51,137 nt of DNA from positions 124,001-175,137 of the forward strand of contig KZ538814.1 in assembly GCA_000934665.2 (NCBI GenBank), in the 5' to 3' direction. Shown here piece after piece: positions 13,493 to 26,000 of the stretch. Numbering within the stretch: the first letter of the stretch is position 1; each line of letters begins with the position of its first letter. The notes under the pieces are model-generated. The model saw only the letters and a list, made by a program, of their open reading frames with translations. It was not told the origin of the DNA and did no database searches. Both the position numbers and the translations under genes were made by a program. The DNA is from Catajapyx aquilonaris (lineage: Eukaryota).

Positions 13493-14537
13493 TGGGCCAT
13501 CTAGCAGCCAGGATTTATCTAGAGTTTCCCCCCTCTAGCACCAGCGATTCTTGAGCCAACTTTCTGATGATTATTACATGATTTTCATTCATGATTCTCC
13601 TGGCCGCTAGAGGCAGGCTGGTTGGAAGCGGACATTTTGGCTTGAATGTTGTATGGGGGTGCCCTCTCCTGTCGCAAATTCCGTCGGAAGTAGGCCAGAC
13701 GCCTAATGAGGCCTAGATAGGATTCACACTTGGAGAAGGCAAAAGGCAGGATTATTTATAGTGCTGTGATTCGGGTACGATATCCGGGTTCAAAATCGTG
13801 TAACCTGTGCAAAGCGAAACTGTTTGCTTTTTTCGGGGGGTTTTGTATGGCAGTTGCCAGCATAACCTGGCATTATGCCACTTCCAAATTGATACGAGAC
13901 TTTTTTCTTCACATTCACTCGATGACTATCGTACTATCCGCCCGATTTAAGTTACAGCCTTTAAGGAAAATTTGGCCTCCTGTGTATAAGTTTTGGTGCA
14001 TTGCAGGGGGACTCGTTTTGATATGAATCGGTATGTATACAAGTAACACATGTAGAAAAGAGTGATGTGACGAACAGATGATGCGAAGGACGGTCGTCAA
14101 GGCAATATGACTTTTTTTTTCAAATGGAACGTATGGAGATAGACAGCATGGAGACGGAAAACAATAACGTAATGCCCCGTTGTGTCTCCTGCGCTCGGGT
14201 GTCCCCCCGACCTTTTTTTTATTGTTACGGCCGACCTTCGAGTATGCGTGTGGGCGTCTGGGGGACACAGACCGACAATATGTTGGCAGTGAATGGCACT
14301 GGCGTATAACATGGTATGCAAACTTGTCATTAATCCGGGCGCCCAGATGAGTCTGGAATTAGTAAAGGCCCAGACAGGGCGGGACACGGGAAAAAATGAA
14401 TTAAGACAGTGGACCGTGGAAACGTTGCATGTTTTGCATTTTAATTTCATTCGAGATTATAGAAGAAAAACATTCCTCACATGGTTGACAGGTGGTTTGT
14501 ATCTACAAGGGACTGCATGACTGATCTGGCCAGATTG

Positions 14538-15959
14538 ACATGTTCCAATTTTTACAAAATTTAGCACACGTGTTTAAACTCACACCAGTAATACGTAGGG
14601 ATATTTTCAAGTATCACAGGCCAATAGAGCAGAAGAAATAAAATGAAATACAATAGACGTATGTTACAACATTTTGGCGTATACCTCCGGAACGAGACAT
14701 GCTATGAAAATGACCAATATGTCATTCTATTCGCAACATTGTGTATAATATACCACGTATCTTGATTGATTTTAGTAGCGCAAAGTTCTCACAGAAATTG
14801 GGAAGTTATAGTGACATGACCTTTTACCTTTCGATATATGACCGGTGGGAGAAAGAAAGAAAAAAAAATGTCCAAGTGAACATAATTATATCCAGTGCAT
14901 TTCAGAAAAAGAAGTGCCCCAATGGAAAGATCTTTTGTGTACTCGAAAGTAATTCTGAAACGTAACTCCACCCGGCCCGGACCCATCTTTCCCTTCCCCC
15001 GATTCCGTCCCCTGCAGGACAGCAAAGATCTTGCAGGCTATAGATATTTTCAGGAAATGCCACATGCTGACACACACTGTTGACCAGGAAATATTAAGAA
15101 ACAATATACAGACTATGACAAGGAAATTGCACTGTAAGTGTCATGTTACTATCAGTCATTTGGTGCGCAATCTATTTTTTACACTACATTTTTTAAACTG
15201 CTGTTTTCACATGTTTGAATGTCACATTTTCACATCTCAGGGGACAAATATTGGGGAAAAAAATAGTTTCACTTTTTTCAAATATTATAGGGAACAACTT
15301 CCACGAAAAATTATTCATACAGAGAACAAAATAAATTCTATAGAAGGGATTCTTTCCTTACCATAGTCCGTGTATTGTTTTCTTTTCAACAATTTGTTTT
15401 GTATTCTTACTGCTTCTTAATATGATAGGTCAACTGTGTGAGATCATAGCATTGTCTGAAAATGTCAAAGCATGTTAGTATAGCCTGAAAGAATTTTGCG
15501 GCCTTACAGGAGATGTGAGCAGGGGGAAGGCCGGGGTTATGTTTCAGAATTATTTTCTAGTAAACAAAACATTGTTCCACTCGGAATGTTTTTTTTTTTA
15601 TGTGAAAGGAATTGAGTATAGGTGCACGTGGATATTTTTTCAGATTTCTCCTACTGGCCATACTCAAAAAGTAAGTGGTTATGTCACTAACCTCGCAATT
15701 TCTGTGCGTAGTTGACTCTACTAAAATCAATCCAGGTATATGGTAGATTCCACATATTGTTAAAAATAAAATGACATATTGGTCATTTTCATATCATGTC
15801 TAGTTCCAGAGATACACGCCAATAAATTGTAACATGTGCCCTATTGTACTTCCTTTTATTTCTTCTAACCTATTGGCCTCTGCTATTTGAAAATATTTCT
15901 ACATACTACTGATGTCGATGTAAACTCGTGTACCAATTTTCATAAAAATTAGAATATGT
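14538..15959. mobile_element. Old foldback / non-autonomous DNA transposon with ~590-bp inverted arms
   Basis: 14538-15126 aligns to the reverse complement of 15353-15959 along its length (e.g. ATGAAAATGACCAATATGTCATT vs AATGACATATTGGTCATTTTCAT), with visible divergence and indels. Spacer ~225 bp; no TSD recognised. Confidence 0.85.
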
Positions 15960-16799
15960 AGGGTGACATCTTGAGTTTTATTAGACCTCTCTGTCCTGGA
16001 ATTACCTGAAAGCGAAAGTGGAAGTCCCAACTGTAAGGTTTAAAAAAATTCCCCATGTGGTGGATGTTCCACATGGGGGCATGTGGGAAAAGTAACAGGT
16101 TGGACAAATAAATGGGCAAGGTGCCCCCCCCCCTCCCCTCCCCCTTATTCTGGCCTTATCTCGTATTCCTCGTAGCTGATCGAGTACAATGACTGGGCCA
16201 AGGAAAAGGAAGGGCGTTGGACCCACTTGCAAATAGAAAATGAGCGAATTAAAAAAAAAGAAGACTCCGAACCTGTTCTGGAGATTTTGAGAAAGACATG
16301 GAAGATAAAAGCTGTGGGTCCCGGTTTTGCAGCGGCCCAAAAAGATGGCCCCACGGCCCCAAACAGAGCCTAAAGTGCTTACCTGCACCCAGTTTTAGTA
16401 TTGATTTAGGAGGGGATTCAGTCTTGGAGATGGAGTCAATCGGATGGGTTTGGCCAGAAATTACACGGGTTTTACCATCAGACCACAAAAAAAATTGAGT
16501 CTGCTACTGCACGAATCCTTGTCTGCTTCCCATGGCTCCGTTTCTCATTCTTTTTCCCTCCATCCCAGACGCTTTTTTATACATCTGGTGGTCCTTGTAC
16601 TGCTTCAAGTCCGTGCTGCCTTGGGGAGGAATAGTGGAAAGGGAAGGGGGGGGGGGGTTAGCAAGGAGGCGGTCTTCCTTGCCCGGATTCCCTCTCGTTT
16701 GTCAGAATTGCCCCTGCTGCCATAACCGCGTCTTTATTCCTTTGCCTTGTTCTTGTATCCCCCTAGCTCTCTGGGACGCCCCTAAAACTTGATTCATTT

Positions 16800-16960
16800 C
16801 ACTCTCATATGGGGACGTGCGACACAAGGGACAACGGGGCCACGTGTACTCACTGGGGGATTCCCCGTGGACAACCGTTTTCAGACACATTTGCTGGGGT
16901 CATATGACCAAATTGTACCTAGTGTGTTGCAAGTTTCTATCCATAGAACCGGTTGAGATT
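16800..16960 (-). pseudogene. Decayed RING-finger domain
   Basis: Minus strand reads MCLKTVV..WPRCPLCRT (CPLCR at 16833-16819), with GHM (16909-16901) in an adjacent frame upstream. This fits the C-terminal half of a C3HC4 RING; the N-terminal cysteines are not recognisable. Confidence 0.4.
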
Positions 16961-17232
16961 GGTGCTATGATGTGCATAAATTATGTAGTCTGTTTGAGTA
17001 TGCTTACGGGGGCCAATTAGGTTGGCGTAGTCATTACTTCCGGGTGTATATATCAGGGTCATGAAATGCATTCACGCAGTAGGCTAATGAACTTAATCAA
17101 TCCTTCCTTTTTTCCCCGCCCCAGACCTACGGTAGATACCTACCAGTCTGCACACGCATATGCGGAGTGTAATAATGCAGGATCACACAAAAAAATGAAC
17201 GTGGGGGATTTTTTTCCCCCCCACCAGTTCCC

Positions 17233-17484
17233 CTGAGGACAATCGGGTTCATCCATGCTGAAACCTACAGGCTTCGGGAAGTATATTCCAGTGTGTTCCA
17301 GAGGGAGTGGTTCTGATTCTATAACAGTGGTACAGCCTGGTTTTTACAACCGTACCTTGTCAACATGCTGGAGAAAATAATATGACAACGAAAGTTTGAA
17401 AAAAATGACTGAAAAGTAATTAACACATACCAACCCCAATCCGATCTTTCCCGAGACAATGTCATCAATGGAGCAGAAAAATAG
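17233..17484 (+). pseudogene. Decayed ORF of unknown function
   Basis: Frame reads LRTIGFIHAETYRLREVYSSVFQREWF*FYNSGTAWFLQPYLVNMLEKII*QRKFEKND*KVINTY... All three internal stops are TGA (17314, 17383, 17410). Confidence 0.4.
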
Positions 17485-17837
17485 GTAAATAAATAAACAA
17501 ACGTGACAGGCATAGAGCCATCGTCAGCTGACCACTGCTAGTGTAGGACGAGGCTGGGCCCTCTAAATAACGCATCATTATGAGCTGCAATGAAATAAAT
17601 TGGGAGCAAACGAGCAATTTGCGAGAATAGTGGTGCAAAAAGCCCCGTCCTCTGGAGTGAGCTTAGGGTAATGTGCGCCTCTAGAGGCACTCTAGGGAAA
17701 CCCCTGCATGGGACAAACGGGACCCACTAATCATTCAACACTTTTAACTCCCATCCATCTGCCCTAACTGCTATTCACTCCATTCGATTGGACACTGAAA
17801 CATTTTTGTCCCTCCATATATGTACCTGACCAAATGT

Positions 17838-17909
17838 ATGAAATAATTGACCAAATTTTTGTAGGAAATAATTGTCCAAATTTTTCATGAAATAATTGTC
17901 CAAATTTTT
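17838..17909. repeat. Minisatellite, 3 copies of a 24-25 bp unit
   Basis: GAAATAATTG(A/T)CCAAATTTTT occurs three times in tandem. Confidence 0.9.
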
Positions 17910-18831
17910 AGTATGCAAAGATGGCACCCATATGAGTGTATGGGTCAGGTAAAAACGAGGTTTGGAGGTTAGATCCACACGTGGCTGGGCTGATCCTGGC
18001 GGCATCCATCCCAGTGTGTGGGGTCATGGCGGGTGAGCGTGGGTGTGGGCAGGGACGCGGCTTATTTATTTACATGTAGCAGGCTGGGTGAGTGGTGGGA
18101 GGGAGATTGGGGACCGGGATAAAAATGTGCCTGGGTTTGGGTGGGTGGGATGGGTGGATGGGGAGCATTACGTGGCGGGGTCGAGTTAACACGCTGTGAA
18201 TGCCTAAGCAGACAGTTGGTCCTCCACGGGGCGCACGTGCTGCCAGAGAGAGCTGGCGGGAAATTGTTTTGTCTGGTCCGGAGTCTGGGAGTTGGAAATA
18301 TATTGTGGGGGGAGGGGGGTTTATCATTGTCGGAAGTTGGGAGATTAATTTGTGGTGGGCTATACAGGTAGGAGCAATTTCAGGTGAGTATAGGAGATGA
18401 ATTCCATTTTCGATGGTATGGGGGGGGGAGGGGGAGAGATTTCGGTGGTGTTTGCATGGTGTTGATAATTACGAAATTGAGAAAATTAGGTGTCGGGTCT
18501 GACAAATTATTCAGGAGATTCCGATGCATATGTATGTGTTCTCATTTTTGGGGGCAAATCCCGGACCATCTAGGACATATAAAAAATTGGCGTACTTCAT
18601 GAATATGCGGAGAATTTGCTTGTTAATACGTTACCCTTAGCAGTATATAGCGTGTTGCACGTTTTATGACCTTCAGAGCCCAATATTATGAAAAAAAAGT
18701 GGAATGGAATTGCGTCTATTGCAATTTTACTGGTTAATGCATAAACATTACCATTTTTTGCTGCAATTTTTTTGTGTAAAACCCCCTTTGTTGTAAGTTG
18801 TGCAAATGTCGAAACCAGCCTCTAAAGTTAT

Positions 18832-19347
18832 TTGGCCCAAGTCCCTTTCCTTGCAAGGGCATATCAGAATGATTCGCGCTTCCGTCGTCGTAGACACCTT
18901 GTGGAATGCCAGACACATTTTCATTATGGCATGCCAGACACATTCCCAAATCAGTCCTTGACTGTAATTATACTGTACAATATTCATGCAGGAAAGGCCC
19001 ACGAACCAGAAATCAACTCTCCCACCCCGCAACCCTGACTCATTTCCACAACATCCGGAACCACGCATTTTGGCGAAACAATGCACGTTCTTGGCCCCCA
19101 ATCCTCCAAGGATCGCCTCTTCTTCATTTCCACCTTCGAAACAACTTTTGGGACACCCCTTAATGCTATATCGGACATTGCTCCGCACTCCCTTTATGAC
19201 CTCTTCTTAGCCCCCCAAATGCGACCAGAAATTAGCCAACCTGGGAGACATCATCCGCTGAAAATGACCTCTCCGTGTATTGATCGTCGGATAAGTATTT
19301 CTGTGTTACAGTTGACAGAAATCCGTTTGGCAGTGCAACATGTATGA
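18832..19347 (+). pseudogene. Decayed ORF of unknown function (~170 codons)
   Basis: ORFs 18832-19038 and 19081-19347 share a frame and are separated by a single TGA. An internal 14-bp duplication ATGCCAGACACATT occurs at 18906 and 18931. Confidence 0.35.
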
Positions 19348-22300
19348 GCCAAGGGCATGCACTGGCGGGGAGGGAAGGAGGGAGGGATAGTAAACATAAC
19401 GCACGTGGAATGATAAGGAGGGTCTGGTTGCGTGGGAAGCCGGGAAGCAGAGCCTCACATGTAACCTTGTCTGACTTGTCCTGCAGACCAAGGTGAGGGA
19501 AACACCAGGTGGAAATACCAGCTGATCGAGGTATTTCCAACCCTACCGTATATCTCCAGGACTTGAGGTCGTGATGTCAGTTTGGCGAACTGTCGTTTTG
19601 GTCTGGCAGTTGGGGTGGGAGGTGGGGGGGGGGGGGTTGTAGTTATGTTACCTTGGAAGGCAAGGTCGGGCTGGTGATTGCTATGAGGGCGTCTAGCCGC
19701 TTGGCTATTTATAGGCCGACAGTTGCTAACCTGCATGTGTCAAGGACCTTGCACTACTCTTTTTTCAATGTTGGCAGTATTTTGCCAAGTACCTTGGTTG
19801 GACGGTACTTTAGGACGCAAGGTCGTACCCTTGATTACAATCCTGCTGGGCGGATGGATGGTCAAAGACCCGCCTTTTGTTGCGGTATTGTTGGGCAGGC
19901 GGGAGGTGCCATCTTACGCAAGTGGGAAAAAAGACGGGAGTCGTCTGGCTGGGAGTCAGCGCCCTCGGGGAGGACTACGGGCATTTACCCAAGCAGACCA
20001 CACCCTGGGTTCATACCTGCCCTGCATTGTCTACCTGTTGCTGTAGGATCTAAACACATATCGTGGTCATGCACAAGTTTAAAAAAAAAAAACACAGTTT
20101 CGAAGTAATTCATAGAATTGGCCTTGCACTTGTTTACATACTAGTGAATACAGAAAATTCTGGCTTGCTGGCTCATATGAATCGTCAGGATATACTAGTA
20201 GGCCTATACAAAAAAATGTAACTCAGTGGATTTCTCATGTGTGTCCACTATATAGTGCTTTTAGATGAATCACATGACTTTGGCTAGGTAGGGCTGAAAC
20301 AGGCCTAACGAGGCTTGACCTGCTGCTGCGTAGTTGTGTTAGAAAATTGTAAGGAAAAGTAGCAGCATGGACTAAGACTAATGCCATATGCTTGCATGAC
20401 TTCCAAATCGCATGAAACAGTCCCACCCTTTTCTTATGGTTGTACCCCGCCCACACTTTTATAATGTGCTAATCATTTGAGATTCCGATCGGAATTTTTG
20501 ATATACTATAATAAGTTGCGTGCGTGTGTGGGTGAGTGTGTGTGCTGTGTGACCCTTTTTGCACTCACTTTTTGCTTTATTTTTCTCTATTGTCGTTTCA
20601 GAGCGCGGTTGAGGGTTTGTGTCTGCTCCCCATTCCCTGAGACCCTAACTTGTGACGAGGCTCACTCACAGGTTAGTCTCTCAGGTATGGGTGGTTGGAC
20701 TGTTATGCTCCCGCCTATTACTAAAGGCCCCCTTCATCCTGGGACTCGGCTTTTAGACTCCTCCAAATTTGGGTATGTACCACGACCATGTATGCTGGTG
20801 TAGGCCAGTTTCCACCACGTACCCGCAGTGAGTCGCATGATGACCTCCCATTTCAGGAAGTCAACCAAATTCAGGGGGGCATATAGGGAGGACCCTTTCG
20901 CCCACGTGATCATTGTCACACCTGTGTCATTTGTATTCAGTGCATGCAGGTAGGGAGATTGGTTTGCAATCCCTGCCGGATGATGATGATTTGACTCAAA
21001 AGGTGATTTGGCAACCAGTGTACCTGCTGTATATTGTTTGTGAAGCCAGAGATTGCAATGTTGTATGTGTACAGCAAGCAGCTCAAGTCCATTGCACTTT
21101 GATAGATAAGGCTATCAAGTGGACGGGTCCCTTGAACTTGTAATGAAACATGTTTCACTGTTGCGTGGGCGAAAAGGGTCTCCCTATATATGTGTAGTCC
21201 ACAAGCTGGAACATTATGTGCACTGTGCAATTTTCGCATGCCTGAGTATTAGTTGCTGTATAGGGCAGAATGGATGAATAATGCAAGTGCTAGCTGATGT
21301 CGTGAATCTCATGTACCTTGTCCCATTGAAGCGGTAATTGAAAAGTTGGGGAAATGAGGAAAAGAGAGTGGGATAAGCGTCCCCTATAAGGCAGGCTTTA
21401 GGGGGCGAAATTGCGAAGTGAGACGGCAGATGTTGCCCCGTATAAATTATGACACAGGTCATATGTTATATATGGGTATGGCCGGGTTCAGTTTGGCAAG
21501 ACCGTTTCCCACACACGTGTCTACATGATAACACGACTTCCGGGGGTCGGAAACTTAGCAGAGATGTAGGAAAGGTGGCATTGACCGAGGCTTCATTCTC
21601 CATGTATGAAGGCAAAGTACATACAGTTCCGCCGGCGGGAAACAACAAAGGGGACGTGGTATAGGTCAGAAAGGCAAGCCACAAAGGAAAGCGGAGGTAA
21701 CTCGCTGTTACTAAGCAGAAGCCTTCCATTCCGGCGTGAAAATTGCTGGCCGCCCTACCACTTAGGCCTATTCATCCATTCTGCTAGACTAGGAAATCCC
21801 CAAGGCAACCTACACGCGGCCTTTGGCAATGCCTAGAATAACTTTAGTTGCATAGTATATCATCCTTACTTCTGGAGAGGGTCTTGTTCTTGGCCATTCC
21901 ACCACTCCAGTTTCCTCTTCGCACATGTCTCTACATCTTTGCCTCAATCTTGTGCAAGTGAGATTTGTCCATTTGTTTTACTTTTTGTCGTGTGGTGTAT
22001 ACTCGGATCCTAACCTTGTCTTATTCAGTGTGTGTATCTGATCAGCATCCACCCATTTATTAGTTATTACGAGTTAAGTTCAAGTCTTTTAACCTTTGTA
22101 GAATCGTACTCTAGATATTGGTGATTTTGTGTACAGTATTGCCACATTATAAACTGAAGTACTTATGGCCGTCATATTTTAAAGATAATTTCTCACAGAA
22201 ATCAGTATAGTCAGATAGTGTTACAGACTATTAGCCACAGTGTTGATCAAAGAAGTTTTCGAACCATGGTGTCAGATTTTGCACTCCCGCCACCAAGCCA

Positions 22301-22381
22301 ATTCCTTTGTCTCTTGATCACTCCCCAGGCTCTCTCCCCTGCCAAAAATTGCATAGTGGCGAAACAAGTAAAGGCCACTCG

Positions 22382-22891
22382 ATGCAAGGTCTGGACCATG
22401 AACTTGCATTTGCAGTTAGATACAGTCGTTCGTCATTCTACGACAATTGAAGTCTTTGAGCATTTTCAAACCATCATTACAGACCATGCATTGAGTGACT
22501 TGCACTTGTTTTGCCACCTTCAGAGCATTTCTGGCAGGTGAGAACCTATACAGAGAATGACCAAGAGGCGAAGTAATAGCCTTGGCGGCGAGAGTGCTCC
22601 AGACAGGCTTACAAATTCTGTTACCACGGTGAGAAAAATGCTCCGATCAGCATCACATGGTACAGTCGCTACACGATAACTCTGGACCTGGACTGGTCAA
22701 TTCATCACTCTCTGCCACCTCCATGTGTGGACTTTTAACAATGGAAATCTACTCATGTGGGAAGTGCAACATGTCTACAGGTGGGTGTACCATCACCAAG
22801 TGCCACCTCCACGGATGGAGCATATTACAAGTAGTACAATCACATTTTCACTCACTTCCAAGTCGAGAACATTATCGTGCAGCAGCTATAG
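22382..22891 (+). pseudogene. Possible decayed Mab-21/cGAS-like nucleotidyltransferase fragment
   Basis: One frame with several stops carries AFAVRYSRSSFYDN (cf. GSxYD/E), APISITWYSRYTITLDL (cf. PAITL..VDL) and FQVENIIVQQL (cf. SFSxAExxLVxxL). The EFD catalytic motif is not recognisable. Confidence 0.22.
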
Positions 22892-23008
22892 CTAAAGATT
22901 AGCGCCATCCTGTGGCTAAATTTTGAATTTTGTGGATGATTATTTTTCAGAAAATTTAGGAGAAACGGTGCTTTAGGAATGAGGTAATATGCCTATCTCA
23001 ATTTACAC

Positions 23009-23009
<1 letters not shown>

Positions 23010-23054
<45 letters not shown>
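23010..23054 (+). repeat. (ATT)15 microsatellite, possibly a retroposon tail
   Basis: Perfect ATT run. The upstream GGTAATATGCCTATCTCAATT resembles the 3' end of the SINE at 50.5-50.9 kb. Confidence 0.9.
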
Positions 23055-23057
<3 letters not shown>

Positions 23058-26000
23058 GTATAATATGCAGTGCCACTTATTACTGATGTTTTATTTTTAT
23101 TTTGGCACTATCATTGTTACATGAAACTGAATTATAACAACACGCTTTTTCCCCAGTTTTTTGACATTTACCTCATATTAATAAAACATTCGCAATACTT
23201 AAATCGCCTATAGAAACAAGAGAAATTATACATGACGCCAATAAGTATAGACTTTCTGTTTAATAACCTGAAGGCGAATTTTTGTATATAAACTTGGACA
23301 GCCAGTTGCATCTGGCCCCTATTTTACCTAACATGTGAATGTTATTGATGGGGTCTATGATTGAAAATACAGTAAGTTAAATCCGAAACGAGGGTTATTT
23401 TCTATTTAGGATATTTTAGCCAACAACATAATAGCAATGCCATTTTCTTCGGATTTACTATCGAGCATGCAATCCACCCTAACAAGTAAGTGCAACATTT
23501 CCTTTTGGTGTTACATACATGTGTTTAGTGACCTTTTTATACATAACCTGTGGCTTCTCACTCACACTCACACATGATGATTTATGTGCAGAATAGATAT
23601 TTTAAAAAATGAACACTAATATCTTCTGTAAGATGCCTATATATTCAACGAACGAACTCATCCTTCCGCACAATACAATGATACTCTATCTGTGACCTGC
23701 GTTTCCCACATTTGAACAACACGTGTCTGTAATTTATTCCTCTGATTGGACAACGTGACAAGACCGTACCTGCCGGACACTTCATGCTTTTGGGCATCAT
23801 GCATGCTGAATAGTATAGGGGGTAAGGCAGCAGTAGGGGGTTTCGGAAGAGGGGAGTATAGGGAAAGGATCACTTAAGCATGGGCCATTAGCACAAAGAC
23901 GAGCCTCATAACGTATGCCCATATTGAAAAGCGAATCTGGGGACGTGGCGGTGGGCTTCTTTGGCCAAGAAACGAGTTGGCGAAACCAAACAAAAGGGAG
24001 GTTTTTGTGGGCGAGTGTTCCGAAACTCGAACTGGGCAAGATCATCTGCGAAAGGCCGCTGAAAACAACGGGAAGAATGGTCATTTTTTTCTTCTTGCCA
24101 GAGGGGAGACGGTGGGGGGAGGAGTGGACTTGCACACCTGGACCCTCCCGGTGGTGTCTTCCTCCAAATTTCCGTCTTCCTTGATTGCTCACCGCCCTTG
24201 GGAATATTGGCCACTATTCAGGCTCTTCCTCCGGCATGTGAACATGCGAACGTGAGTAGTCAGCTGTGCAAAAAAAAATGATGACTCACGATCAGGATTC
24301 AGATTTTGGGAGGCTGATGTGAGGTATAACCTAACTTGCTCTTATTAAGTGTCGCACTTGATCAATTTTGACTTTCCTAATAACATCATATCAATCAAAA
24401 ATCTATTCAGTGGCTTTCTTAGTAAGATATGATGGAAGCTTTTAGGGACGAATGTAATCAAATTCTGTGACTGGCTCCAAGAATATTTGGATGGAAGACG
24501 CGGAGAATAAGGGGGTGGAATCGTGGAAAGGAGGCACTTTTTTTTACAAATCGCCTTAGGATCCAACAAAAGCAGATCAGACTACCCTAAGAAGATTTTC
24601 AAGAGCATTACAGATTCGTAGCCTGACTGGCATGTCAAGTTCACTTTCACTTGCAAACTTCTTTTTTTTTCCCTTTTTTACATATACGATTATTCCACCC
24701 TGTTCTTCAAGCTGGTCTGCACAAATCACAGTCTAAAATAAGAATGCACGTGTATATTTACGCGAGTATACCCTTAAGGTGTGCAAACCAGGTTCAGGGA
24801 TTAGTTGATGATCAGGTGTGATGAGTTCCAGTCAGGTCAGTTCTCCAAACTTGATATTCAGGGAGATGGTTGGAGGCGGTAGCAAACTTGGAAAGCAGGT
24901 TCATTGCTTCCTGTGCCTCATAGCTGGTTGCACTACAGTTCAAAATCAAAACTGAATTAACACCCGCGTGTTAAGAATATTCACACGTCACTTTACCTTC
25001 CAATGATGAAGGTGCACCAACAAGGGTCAGGCAGATGCTGGGCCAACCGGCTTATCCGTCCAAGAATATCAAGGATTAATCGGTCATTCGGCTATTTTGA
25101 GTCAGTCGATTGGCAGCTTGTCGTGTCTATTTCTATCCACTTGTCATAGTGTCTCTCTCAAATACGTGCCCAGTGTAAATTATTGCTTTAAAATATTTAT
25201 GAATATGATATGCATGCACATTTTCGCAACAAAGAGGGGACTCAGCATCCCTCTTTGTTCTGCAATAAGGACCGGGTGTGGGTGACGTCATTTTGCAGAT
25301 GGGGAACAGCAAGAGAGATAGCAAACCTGAGGGTGTTTGAGCACAGATAAAGTTTGCTGGCAGAAAACTGAGGAGGAAATGGCCAAATGGACCTCCTCCT
25401 ATCCAGCCTGAGGCATGGGCAGATGGCAAACTTGGTGGCCATATACTGCTATAGTACAATTTTTTTTTTCAACGGATAATTACTCCCTGATGCAAAAATG
25501 TGCTTGACGGACGCTGTGAAACAAAGGGATCGGTTACAGGCTGCCCCTTCTCTGCTTTTTTTTTGCCAAAAAAAAGGTAGACTTTGGCAGGTTTTCCGGC
25601 TTGGCCAACGTGAATTTCCGCCTCTTTAGCGTACATCCTGTTGAGCATTTTTCTTCTAAGCCCCCCCCCCCCTTTTTGTGGCGGATTGGAAATTGGCGAT
25701 GCTGGCGCTGGGCAACTGTTGTTACATAGGATGATGGCCGGTTTTTGCAAGTCCAGATGGTAGGTGGGATCAGGGGTGGAAAAGTCTGAATTTTTAAAAA
25801 GTGCATCGCATCTCGCTGTTGGAGTTGGGTTGACATTCGCAGGCCGCGGTGTCAAGTTCAGTGGGACGAGTGTTAATAATGCACGTGATTTGCTTACTGG
25901 GGGAAAGCTCGCGAAATTCTTGTTTTAATTTGCATTCTGTGTAATTATAAATATGTGAGGTGCTGTTGAAATATGAAGGGTTTGCACTTTGCAGGGAGTA

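Noticed and set aside
17838..17909. Short direct repeats as a CRISPR array
   Set aside because: Repeats are nearly head-to-tail with no spacers, there are no cas genes, and the context is eukaryotic.
24349..24387. VSHLINFDFPNNI resembles the DEAD-box helicase region after motif V
   Set aside because: No HRxGRxGR follows and there is no in-frame RGxD before it; probably coincidence within an unrelated decayed ORF.
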